Shown here: piece after piece, positions 43,935 to 51,821 of the stretch
Numbering within the stretch: position 1 is the stretch's first letter
Layout of the letters: every line of letters starts with the position of its first letter
NCBI GenBank assembly: GCA_964388365.1
Contig: CAYMAF010000002.1
Location: 1 to 53,184 of the forward strand
Length of the DNA: 53,184 nucleotides
From: an uncultured Gammaproteobacteria bacterium
GTDB lineage: Bacteria; Pseudomonadota; Gammaproteobacteria; Steroidobacterales; Rariloculaceae
Direction of reading: 5' to 3'
Translations under genes and position numbers: made by a program
Notes under the pieces: model-generated
The model's input: the letters and a program-made list of their open reading frames with translations, nothing else
Databases searched by the model: none
What the model was told of the DNA's origin: nothing

Positions 43935-46900
43935 GCGGCGAGCACCGCGGTGCCGAGTCGATGTCGGCCACGACCGTGCGCCGCACCGCCGACGATAGAG
44001 CTTGCGACAGGCTGCGAAGACGAATAGGCCCAGGATGCTTTGCCACCCGAAGGCACCGCCGCCTCCACCGCCCCCGCCGGTCGTGTACGAGATCTGGCCG
44101 ATCGTGCCGACCCCGCCTGGATCGCGGATCGCACCATTCACCAAGCCGTCCGCGTCGTTCGGGCCGCCGTCCTCGATCGTGAGCTCCACGCACCAATGCC
44201 CCGGCGTGAGGCCCGGCTGGTAGTCGTCGCTGCCCGGCGGCGGGCACACGCCCGGCTCGCCGGGCGCGGAAGCCAAATGGTTCCGCGCGTCCTCGACGAA
44301 CGTGAACCATGAACCGTTGTACTTGCGATACACGGGCTGCGTCGGGATCCCAGCGCGCTGCGGGATAACGATCGAGATCGACGCTCCGGCCGTCGGAATC
44401 TCCCGTACGACGAAGTCGAAGTACCCGCCGACGTTGGTGATCGAGTCGGACTCTATGTCGACCTCGCCAACCTCATCCTCCGGAATCGCTGCGCCCGCGC
44501 CGCCGAGAAGCTGCGCGGAATCGCCGAGGACGAGCCGGACGCCAGGATCCGCCTCGATCAGGAACAACCCCCCATCGTCCGCGCGCTCCGCGAGCACGTT
44601 CAGTTGGCTTATCGCATCGAGATAGTCCGGGATCCCGTCGCCGTCCGCGTCGCCGTAGCCCTCGTCCGCGTCCGGAATCCCGTCGCCGTCGCTGTCGAGA
44701 TCCGAGGCAAGCATGGGTGCGGCAGCCACAACCCGGAACGACTCGATGACCTCGGTCTCGAGCGGCGGCATACCGTCGTCGCGAACGACGAGCCGCACCT
44801 CGTACACGCCCGGCTGCAAGCTCATCGGATCGAGCGCCTTGAGCGTATCGCCCATGTCGACGATCGCCGCCGCCGCAGGGAACGACCACTCGATGACATG
44901 CTGGTCCTGCGGATTCGGATCGTCGATCTCAGCCGAGAAGAGCACGGCTCCGCCGTCCATCGTCAGGAGCCGCGCCGGCCTCGATCCCTGACCGACCGTC
45001 AACGACGCCCGAGGCGCGACGTTCTCTTCGACGATGGTCACGACCTGTGAGCTTCGCGCACCGAAATTCCCGGAGCCAACGAGGCTGACCTCGATCGTTT
45101 CAGGGCCTTCGACGATGTCGTCCGCGAAGATCGTGAAATCGACGCGCTTCTCGGCCTCGCCTTCTTCGAACACGACCGAGCCCGGAAGGAGATCGTGGTC
45201 GACACCGACCGTCGCGGTGCCTCCGATCGCATACTCGACGACGACCGGATACGCCGGCGATTCGCCGTTCAGGTGGAAAGTCACCGATACGGTCGAGCCT
45301 TCCGCGCGCACCTGGTCTCTGCCGAGCGAGATCTGCGGGTGCAGGAGAACCCGCTGCGTCACCTGCGCCTCGTTACCGGCCGAATCCACGACGGTCCACG
45401 TGACCGTATGGGCACCCGGCGGCAGGTACGGCGCATCGCCCGAGAGGACCGGCGACAGCTCGCCGTCACGGTCGTCGAACGCGGTCGGGGCGACGAGCGC
45501 CGGGAACGGAGTCAGAAGCCCAGTCGCGTCCAGCTCGACGACCGAAGGCACAGAGAGGCGCGGAGCATAGTCGTCGACCAGCGGATTCGTTCCCGCCTCG
45601 AACTCGTCGACGTTCGGCACACCGTCCTGATCCGCGTCGGCCAAAGCATCGGATGGGTCGAACGGATCGAACCCGTGCTCGAGCTCGTATTCGTCGGGCA
45701 TTCCATCCATGTCGCTGTCGAGCACGCCGTGCACATGAATATCGAACGCCGGGAGCGCGGTGCTCGCCTCGCCGTCCGAGACGCGCAGCACGATGCCCGA
45801 GTACGTGCCGACGTGCATGGCCAGAGGCGTGCCATGCAACACGCCCGTCTCGGAATCGAGCGTGAGCCACTCGGGCAGGTTCACGGCCGACACGGTCAGC
45901 GCATCGCCTTCGACGTCCGCGATCACAGGCGCGAACGAGTAGGGCTCACCGGCATCGACCACCGTTGTAGGAGTGCCCTCGATCGTCGGCGCGTCGTTGA
46001 CAGGCAGCACCGAGATCCACACCGTCGCTTCGTTCGACACGCCGAGCTCGTCGTCGGACACGGTGTACGAGAACGAGTCCTCGCCGTTCCAATCCGGGTC
46101 GGGCACGTAGAGGATCGTGCCGTCGAGCTCGACGTGAACCTCGCCGTGTGAAGGCGCCCGAACGACCGTGACCGATTGCGGGTCGAGGTACCCGTCGATG
46201 TCCTCGTCGTTCGCGAGCACGGCGATCGTGACGGGTTGATCCTCATCGGTGGTCGCGCTGTCATCGTTCGCGAGAGGCGCGTCGTTCACGCTCTCGACCG
46301 TGAAGTAGACCGTCGCGACGTTCGACCACGCGCCGTCCTCGTCTTGAACGCGGTACGTCAAAGTATCTTCGCCGAAGAAGTTCTCGCCCGGCGTGTACGT
46401 GATGACCCCGATGACCGGATTCACCGCGGCCGTACCGTGCTGCGGGGGCGACACGATATCGACCGTCTCCGGTCTGATGGCATTGTCGACGTCGGTATCG
46501 TTGCCAAGGACGTTGACCACATGCGCGGTGTCCTCGAGCAACACGGCGGTGTCGTCCACGGCGACGGGCGGATCGTTCACGCTCTCGATCGTGATCGAAA
46601 CGCGCGCGGGCGCAGACGTCGCGCCTTCTTCGTCCCTCACGACGTACGTAAATTCATCCTCGCCGTAATAGTCCGGCGCGGGCGTATACGTGATCGTGCC
46701 GGTCGCAGCGTTGACCGTAGCCATTCCGTGATCGGGGTCGTCGACGACACGCACCGTCGTCCGATCGATCATGCTGTCGATATCGTAATCGTTCGCCAGG
46801 ACGAAGATCTCGACCGGCTCGTCCTCCTTGGTGAGGGCGATATCGTCCGTCGCACGGGGCGCATCGTTGATGCCGGCGACGTTGATGATCACGAACGCCT

Positions 46901-49868
46901 CGTTCGAGACCGCGCCGGCGTAATCTCGAACGGTGTACGTGAGCTCGTCCGTGCCGTAGAAATCGAGGTCTGGCGTGTACAGGATCATGCCGCTCACGAC
47001 CTCGGCCGTGCCGTGCTTCGGGCCGCTGACCACCGCGAGGCTCGACGGATCGATTTCGTCCGGTCCATCGACGTCAGCGTCATTGGCAAGAACATCGATG
47101 TAGGTCGGCTCGTCCTCGTCGGTCGACACCGCATCGTTCACCGCCGCCGGCGGATCGTTCACCGGATGAACGGTCACGGTTACGCGCGCTTGCGACGTGC
47201 TGCCGAGTAAGTCGTCGACCGCGTAGTAAAAGACGTCCGTGCCGTTGAAGTTCTCATCTGGGGTAAACGTTATGATCCCCGTTCCGGTATTCACGCTCGC
47301 CGAGCCGTGCTCCGGCGCTTGAACGATGCGGACGCTCGCGGGGTTGAGACTCGAGACCGCATCCGCGTCATTCGCGAGCACGGCGATCTGGACGCTCTCG
47401 TCCTCGTTCGTGTCGGCCTCGTCGTCGGCCGCGTTCGGAGGGGTCACGTCGATGATCACTGTGAGCGCCGCGGAAGACGGAGACAGATTGCCGGCGGCGT
47501 CCGCCGCGATCGCCGTGATCCCGTGCACGCCCTCGGACAGCGGGACGCTCGAGACCAATGACCAGTTACCCGCTCCGTCGGCCGTCGTCGAGCCCAAGAA
47601 TCCATCGACGTCGCTGAAGACCTCAATCGTCGCACCAGGCTCGGCCGTGCCGTTCAACTTCGGTTGGAGGACGCTCGTGATGTTGTCCGTGCTGGAGACG
47701 CCCGAATCGCTGGCCGGATCGAGATCCGGCGCGGGAGGCATGCTCGGGGGCGTCGTGTCCAGCACCGCGGCCGCCGTCGCCGGCTGCCCTTCGTTACCGA
47801 CCGCGTCGGTAAGCGTGACCGACAACGTCAATACCCCGTCCGCAAGTGCCCGGAGATCGACGGAAGAGACGGCTTGCGCAGCTTCATCCTCGATGGTGCC
47901 CGATCCCGTCACGGGTATTCCGCCGCCGCTCGACGAGATCGAGTAGGTGAAGGCCGCGCCGAACTCGCCTTGGAGGATCTCGAAGCTCGCCGAACTCGCC
48001 GTCACGGCGTTGAACGCCGGGTAGTCGAAGGTGACGCCGTACCCCGTCGGCGGAGTCGCATCGAGGTCGGCGGTGTCCGTGACGGCGTCTGCCTCACCCG
48101 CGTCGTTCGCGAGCACGGCGGACAAAGTCAGCGTGCCGTCCTCGAGCGAGCGCAGATCGATATTCGAGATCGTTTGATTCGGGCTCGTGATCGTGCCCGA
48201 CCCCGTAACAGGCGTGCCGCCGCCGCTGGAGGTGATTTGGTAGTGATAGTCCGCACCGACCTCGGCGTTCGAGAAGCTGAAACTCGCATTGGTCGCATGA
48301 GCTACCGTGAAGAGCGCGCGATCGAACGATACGCCATGCCCAGAGGGCACTACCACGCCGGTGCCCGTCACGGTAATAGCGTAGGACGCGGTCGCCGGGG
48401 CAACGACTGGAATGTTGAACGAGTCGCCCGCAGCTCCCACCGAGCTCGGCGCCATTCGAACGGTGATCGAACACGAATCGCCGAGCCCGAGCAGCGCATT
48501 CGAGCACTCGTCGACGACGATCGAGAAAGGCGGTTCGAGGGCATCAAAGTTTCCGACCGCCGCAATCGATAGAGGCTCACCGTGGTTCGTGACCGTGACG
48601 GCCCGGTCAGCCGAGCCGTCGACCGCGACGCCGCCGAAGTCGATAGTCTGCGGCGAGATGTCGTAGTCGGCGTCGATGATGGAGATTCGAGTGCTCGCGA
48701 CGTTCTCCTGAAGAATACCGCCGTCGACGATCGCGGAGATCGAGGTCACGGACGAGACTCCAGCCGGAACGCCGCTCGGAACTATCACTTCGACGGGAAC
48801 GGAAACGCGTTCCAGAGGCCGAACTTCGAAGGCGGAGCCCTGCGGAAAGCGCGTCAGCCATCCCTGACTATTGACTACGCTGAGCTCGAAGGTATGGCGA
48901 TTACTGTCATCGAGATTGTGGACCTTGAACGTCTGAACGACCGTCGCATCGGCCGGCGCGCTCGCATCCGCGGGCGAGATGACCTGCACAACCAAAGGAT
49001 GCGTCCAGGTCTCGAACATCTCGATGATCCACGTCTCGCCGGGGGCGAGCGTCGATCGATTCCATTGCAACGCGTAGCCGGCATCGATGTAGTCCGAGTT
49101 CGCGGCGTTCGGAAGGGACGTTCCGTCCCACACCGCATTGACGGTATCTTCCCAGTCGCCCGCCATGAAACCATCCGCAGGAGTGGCCGGATTCGTGTAG
49201 ACACCCATGATGCCGGATTCGGAGAACTCGCTGTTGGTGAGATACAAGATGCGGAGATCGGGATCCCACCACGAGCGCGAACTATCGTATCCGCCGAAAT
49301 AGGTATCACCGCCGTGATAGAACCGCAGATTGCTCAAAGAGGCGGAAGCCGAGCTCGTCAGCTCCCAGCGCTTCTTGACGTACAAATCACCCGGCGAATA
49401 GCTGATCGTTTGGCGCAGCTCGAGACCGGTCTCGCTCGCCCAGACGGTCTCGATCGTCCAGTCATCGGGCTTCTGGTGACTGATCAACGCCCACGAAACT
49501 GGACCACCTCCGCGATTAGGTGGGTTGTTGATCGCGAAAGGGCTCTTGAACAGCGGCGTTCCGTCGGTCCACAACGTGCTACCGAAGGAATCATCCGAAT
49601 AGTATTGCCTAATCACGCCACCGGGCTGACACACCCACGCGGCCACATCGCCGAGGCTACCGGCGGCGTACATGATCGGATCGCCTTCGATGACGAGCCA
49701 CGCCTGATTCTTGTCGAGCTGGCCACCGTAGTTCTTTTCGAACTCGGGCGTGTGGCCGTTCGCCGCGCAACCGAGCTCGACGGCGTATGCACGACTCGTC
49801 AGCACCGACACGAGGACAAGGGCAGCCGCAAAGCCGCGCGCTACGGCAATCGATGGAAATTCCCGCAT
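43284..49868 (-). CDS. Giant (2194 aa from ATG 49868) secreted multi-domain adhesin-like protein that continues in frame into an OMP-type beta-barrel
   Basis: Signal peptide MREFPSIAVARGFAAALVLVSVLTSRAYA. Approximate domain order:
- unrecognised ~300-aa N-terminal domain
- Ig / choice-of-anchor-D-like region
- 2 x ~100-aa repeats
- Big-like domain (SSTDNITS...GTAEPGATIEVF...DGAGNWS)
- 5 x 95-97-aa VNDxP...DED...LANDxD repeats
- cadherin-like putative-Ig domain
- thrombospondin-type-3 Ca-binding motifs (DSDMDGMPDEYE, DADQDGVPNVDE, DSDGDGIPDADE, DADGDGIPDYLD)
- HYR-like and Calx-beta-like domains (VEYAIGGTATVGVDHD...VEGPETIEVSL)
- choice-of-anchor-U-like domain (IEDGGPNDADGLVNGAIRDPGG)
- Gly8, TM helix, RRR
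- barrel. Confidence 0.85.
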   Translation of the reverse strand: MREFPSIAVARGFAAALVLVSVLTSRAYAVELGCAANGHTPEFEKNYGGQLDKNQAWLVIEGDPIMYAAGSLGDVAAWVCQPGGVIRQYYSDDSFGSTLWTDGTPLFKSPFAINNPPNRGGGPVSWALISHQKPDDWTIETVWASETGLELRQTISYSPGDLYVKKRWELTSSASASLSNLRFYHGGDTYFGGYDSSRSWWDPDLRILYLTNSEFSESGIMGVYTNPATPADGFMAGDWEDTVNAVWDGTSLPNAANSDYIDAGYALQWNRSTLAPGETWIIEMFETWTHPLVVQVISPADASAPADATVVQTFKVHNLDDSNRHTFELSVVNSQGWLTRFPQGSAFEVRPLERVSVPVEVIVPSGVPAGVSSVTSISAIVDGGILQENVASTRISIIDADYDISPQTIDFGGVAVDGSADRAVTVTNHGEPLSIAAVGNFDALEPPFSIVVDECSNALLGLGDSCSITVRMAPSSVGAAGDSFNIPVVAPATASYAITVTGTGVVVPSGHGVSFDRALFTVAHATNASFSFSNAEVGADYHYQITSSGGGTPVTGSGTITSPNQTISNIDLRSLEDGTLTLSAVLANDAGEADAVTDTADLDATPPTGYGVTFDYPAFNAVTASSASFEILQGEFGAAFTYSISSSGGGIPVTGSGTIEDEAAQAVSSVDLRALADGVLTLSVTLTDAVGNEGQPATAAAVLDTTPPSMPPAPDLDPASDSGVSSTDNITSVLQPKLNGTAEPGATIEVFSDVDGFLGSTTADGAGNWSLVSSVPLSEGVHGITAIAADAAGNLSPSSAALTVIIDVTPPNAADDEADTNEDESVQIAVLANDADAVSSLNPASVRIVQAPEHGSASVNTGTGIITFTPDENFNGTDVFYYAVDDLLGSTSQARVTVTVHPVNDPPAAVNDAVSTDEDEPTYIDVLANDADVDGPDEIDPSSLAVVSGPKHGTAEVVSGMILYTPDLDFYGTDELTYTVRDYAGAVSNEAFVIINVAGINDAPRATDDIALTKEDEPVEIFVLANDYDIDSMIDRTTVRVVDDPDHGMATVNAATGTITYTPAPDYYGEDEFTYVVRDEEGATSAPARVSITIESVNDPPVAVDDTAVLLEDTAHVVNVLGNDTDVDNAIRPETVDIVSPPQHGTAAVNPVIGVITYTPGENFFGEDTLTYRVQDEDGAWSNVATVYFTVESVNDAPLANDDSATTDEDQPVTIAVLANDEDIDGYLDPQSVTVVRAPSHGEVHVELDGTILYVPDPDWNGEDSFSYTVSDDELGVSNEATVWISVLPVNDAPTIEGTPTTVVDAGEPYSFAPVIADVEGDALTVSAVNLPEWLTLDSETGVLHGTPLAMHVGTYSGIVLRVSDGEASTALPAFDIHVHGVLDSDMDGMPDEYELEHGFDPFDPSDALADADQDGVPNVDEFEAGTNPLVDDYAPRLSVPSVVELDATGLLTPFPALVAPTAFDDRDGELSPVLSGDAPYLPPGAHTVTWTVVDSAGNEAQVTQRVLLHPQISLGRDQVRAEGSTVSVTFHLNGESPAYPVVVEYAIGGTATVGVDHDLLPGSVVFEEGEAEKRVDFTIFADDIVEGPETIEVSLVGSGNFGARSSQVVTIVEENVAPRASLTVGQGSRPARLLTMDGGAVLFSAEIDDPNPQDQHVIEWSFPAAAAIVDMGDTLKALDPMSLQPGVYEVRLVVRDDGMPPLETEVIESFRVVAAAPMLASDLDSDGDGIPDADEGYGDADGDGIPDYLDAISQLNVLAERADDGGLFLIEADPGVRLVLGDSAQLLGGAGAAIPEDEVGEVDIESDSITNVGGYFDFVVREIPTAGASISIVIPQRAGIPTQPVYRKYNGSWFTFVEDARNHLASAPGEPGVCPPPGSDDYQPGLTPGHWCVELTIEDGGPNDADGLVNGAIRDPGGVGTIGQISYTTGGGGGGGGAFGWQSILGLFVFAACRKLYRRRCGARSWPTSTRHRGARRVRRVSRAACAALAAVMAFAHPIAYADRGFDRGSLYVAARLGFADTGISRFDLESDFAARGINATVTAVDEERATFEIAAGYAVSKRWAVEAGYLDLGEVKVSFDAPQLAEGLAYVHPSSGDGYVVSGLYRQPLLERVELLARVGVFDWEAAYATENEETRIDRARIDGRDWLLGLGAEYSFAPTWALIGEVRQYHLPRKPTREMTLGVRWYVGRRP
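43986..44078 (-). other. Internal sorting-signal-like segment: Gly8, hydrophobic helix, basic cluster (GlyGly-CTERM / PEP-CTERM-class architecture)
   Basis: GGGGGGGGAFGWQSILGLFVFAACRKLYRRR read directly from the minus strand. The eight Gly are encoded by mixed GGN codons at 44055-44078. Confidence 0.6.
46002..47447 (-). repeat. Five tandem in-frame repeats of 285-291 bp (95-97 aa) inside the giant gene
   Basis: Unit boundaries marked by V/I-N/T-D/P-x-P codons at 47447, 47162, 46871, 46580, 46289 and 46001 (spacings 285, 291, 291, 291, 288 nt). Each unit reads xNDxPxAxxDxxxTxEDxPVxIxVLANDxDxD...TYTPxxxFxGxDxFTYxVxD. Confidence 0.85.
47745..48345 (-). repeat. Two tandem ~100-aa repeats inside the giant gene
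   Basis: GHGVSFDRALFTVAHATNASFSFSNAEVGADYHYQITSSGGGTPVTGSGTI...DGTLTLSAVLANDAGEADAVTDTADLDATPP aligns with TGYGVTFDYPAFNAVTASSASFEILQGEFGAAFTYSISSSGGGIPVTGSGTI...DGVLTLSVTLTDAVGNEGQPATAAAVLDTTPP. Confidence 0.7.
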
Positions 49869-50161
49869 CTTCACAATAGAACCGTTGAATGATTTATCGG
49901 AGCCGACCGTTTTTCTGGGTGGGCACACGAGCTTTATAGGAAAGCGGTGCACGCATGTCGTCGATCGGAGTCGCAGTTCGCAGCTTTGTAAGGAGTCGAG
50001 CGCGAGCGACGACACGAACCGAGAAGATCGAATGACTCGTGCGCGAGGAAAGAAGAAGACTGGTTGGTACAATCGAAGCCGACGGTAGCGGCATCGGGCG
50101 AGGCGTCGAAAACTTTCCTACCCAACGACGTGGATAGCAAAGCACGTCGAATCGCGGGATC

Positions 50162-51697
50162 ATGCGAGGCGAGGAGAGCGCCGTGTCCATTCTTTTCGAC
50201 AACACCTTCGCAGACCTGCCGGAACGCTTTTTCGAGCGCCGCCTTCCGACGCCCGTCCTCGCACCGAAGCTGATCCGCATCAACCGGCCGCTCGCGGAGG
50301 AGCTCGGCATCGATCCCGACTGGCTCGAAGGGCCCGAAGGGGTCGCGATGCTCGCGGGAAACCACGTTCCCGAATCCGCGGCACCTCTGGCGCAGGCGTA
50401 TGCCGGCCATCAGTTCGGCGAGCTCGTGCCGCAGCTCGGCGACGGTCGCGCGGTGCTGCTTGGCGAAGTCGTCGACCGGCACGGCGTCCGCCGCGATATC
50501 CAGCTCAAAGGCGCGGGCAGGACGGCCTTCTCGCGCGGAGGCGACGGCCGCGCCGCGCTCGGGCCCGTGCTGCGCGAGTACCTCGTCAGCGAGGGGATGG
50601 CGGCGCTCGGTATTCCGACGACGCGGGCGCTCGCCGCGGTGAAGACGGGCGAGCTCGTGTATCGCGAAAGGCCGTTGCCCGGGGCGGTGCTGACCCGCGT
50701 GGCCGCGAGCCATCTTCGCGTCGGCACGTTCGAGTATTTCGCGATTCGGCGCGACGATGCGGCCCTTCGGCGTCTCACGGAATACGCGATCGCCCGCTAC
50801 TATCCGCAGGCGCGCGACGCGGAGCGGCCGGCGCTCGCCCTCCTCGCCCATGTCGCGGAAGCGCAGGCTTCGCTCGTCGCGCAGTGGATGCTGGTCGGCT
50901 TCATCCACGGCGTGATGAATACCGACAATACGGCCATCTCGGGCGAGACGATCGACTACGGCCCGTGCGCCTTCATGGACGTCTTCCATCCCGAGACGGT
51001 CTACAGCTCGATCGACCATGGCGGACGCTACGCGTACGGCAACCAGCCGAGAATCGCGCAATGGAATCTCGCTCGCTTCGCGGAGACCCTTCTGCCGCTG
51101 ATCGACGAGAACCCGCAGAACGCGGCCGCGCTCGCCATGCGGGTGATCGAAGCGTTTCCCGGCCGGTTCGAGCTCGCGGTCGAGACCGGCTGGTGTCACA
51201 AGATAGGGCTGCCGGAGGCGACACCGGAGGATTCGGCCCTCGCGCTCGATCTGTTGAGGATCATGACCGAGCAGCGGGCCGACTTCACGCTGACGTTCCG
51301 CGCGCTCGGCGACACGCTGATCGCGGGCGCCGAGGCCGGCACCGCGGCAAAGGCGGAGCCCGGAGCCGAGGCGACGACAAGACGAGCCCGCGACCTTTTC
51401 GAGCACCCCGAGGCCTTCGACGCATGGGCCGCGCGCTGGCACACCCGTCTCGCCGCGCTCGACGCGAACCTCGCCGAGCGGCGTGCGGCGATGCACGCCG
51501 TGAACCCGCTCTTCATCCCGCGGAATCACCGCGTGGAGCAGGCGATTCGTGCGGCCGAGGATCACGGCGACTTCGGTCCGTTCGAGCGGCTCCTCGAGGT
51601 ACTCGAGAGGCCTTACGACGAGCAGCCGGGCCGCGAGGAGTACAGTCTGCCGCCGCGGCCCGAGGAGCGGGTGACTCGCACGTTCTGCGGCACTTGA
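50162..51697 (+). CDS. selO: Protein adenylyltransferase / AMPylase SelO (YdiU family pseudokinase fold)
   Basis: ILFDNTFADLPERFF...YAGHQFG...LGDGRAVLLGEV...QLKGAGRTAFSRGGDGRA...HGVMNTDNTAISGETIDYGPCAFMD are the conserved SelO blocks. 511 aa. An in-frame GTG 21 nt downstream is an alternative start. Confidence 0.9.
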   Translation: MRGEESAVSILFDNTFADLPERFFERRLPTPVLAPKLIRINRPLAEELGIDPDWLEGPEGVAMLAGNHVPESAAPLAQAYAGHQFGELVPQLGDGRAVLLGEVVDRHGVRRDIQLKGAGRTAFSRGGDGRAALGPVLREYLVSEGMAALGIPTTRALAAVKTGELVYRERPLPGAVLTRVAASHLRVGTFEYFAIRRDDAALRRLTEYAIARYYPQARDAERPALALLAHVAEAQASLVAQWMLVGFIHGVMNTDNTAISGETIDYGPCAFMDVFHPETVYSSIDHGGRYAYGNQPRIAQWNLARFAETLLPLIDENPQNAAALAMRVIEAFPGRFELAVETGWCHKIGLPEATPEDSALALDLLRIMTEQRADFTLTFRALGDTLIAGAEAGTAAKAEPGAEATTRRARDLFEHPEAFDAWAARWHTRLAALDANLAERRAAMHAVNPLFIPRNHRVEQAIRAAEDHGDFGPFERLLEVLERPYDEQPGREEYSLPPRPEERVTRTFCGT

Positions 51698-51821
51698 AGC
51701 GCTCGCTGCCGCCGGCGGGCCGCTATCGAAACCGTGTCCCGCCCCGCCTCAGCCGCTTCCTCTCGTCAACGATCCGAACCTGCTATGGTTCTCGCCAGCA
51801 CCGGTCCATGGAGGAGGTGAG

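Noticed and set aside
44055-44078. Run of eight glycine codons, considered as a slippage-prone homopolymer or simple-sequence contingency tract
   Set aside because: The codons are mixed (GGC GGG GGC GGT GGA GGC GGC GGT) rather than a homopolymeric or perfect repeat tract. The run fits better as the Gly-rich part of a sorting-signal-like motif.
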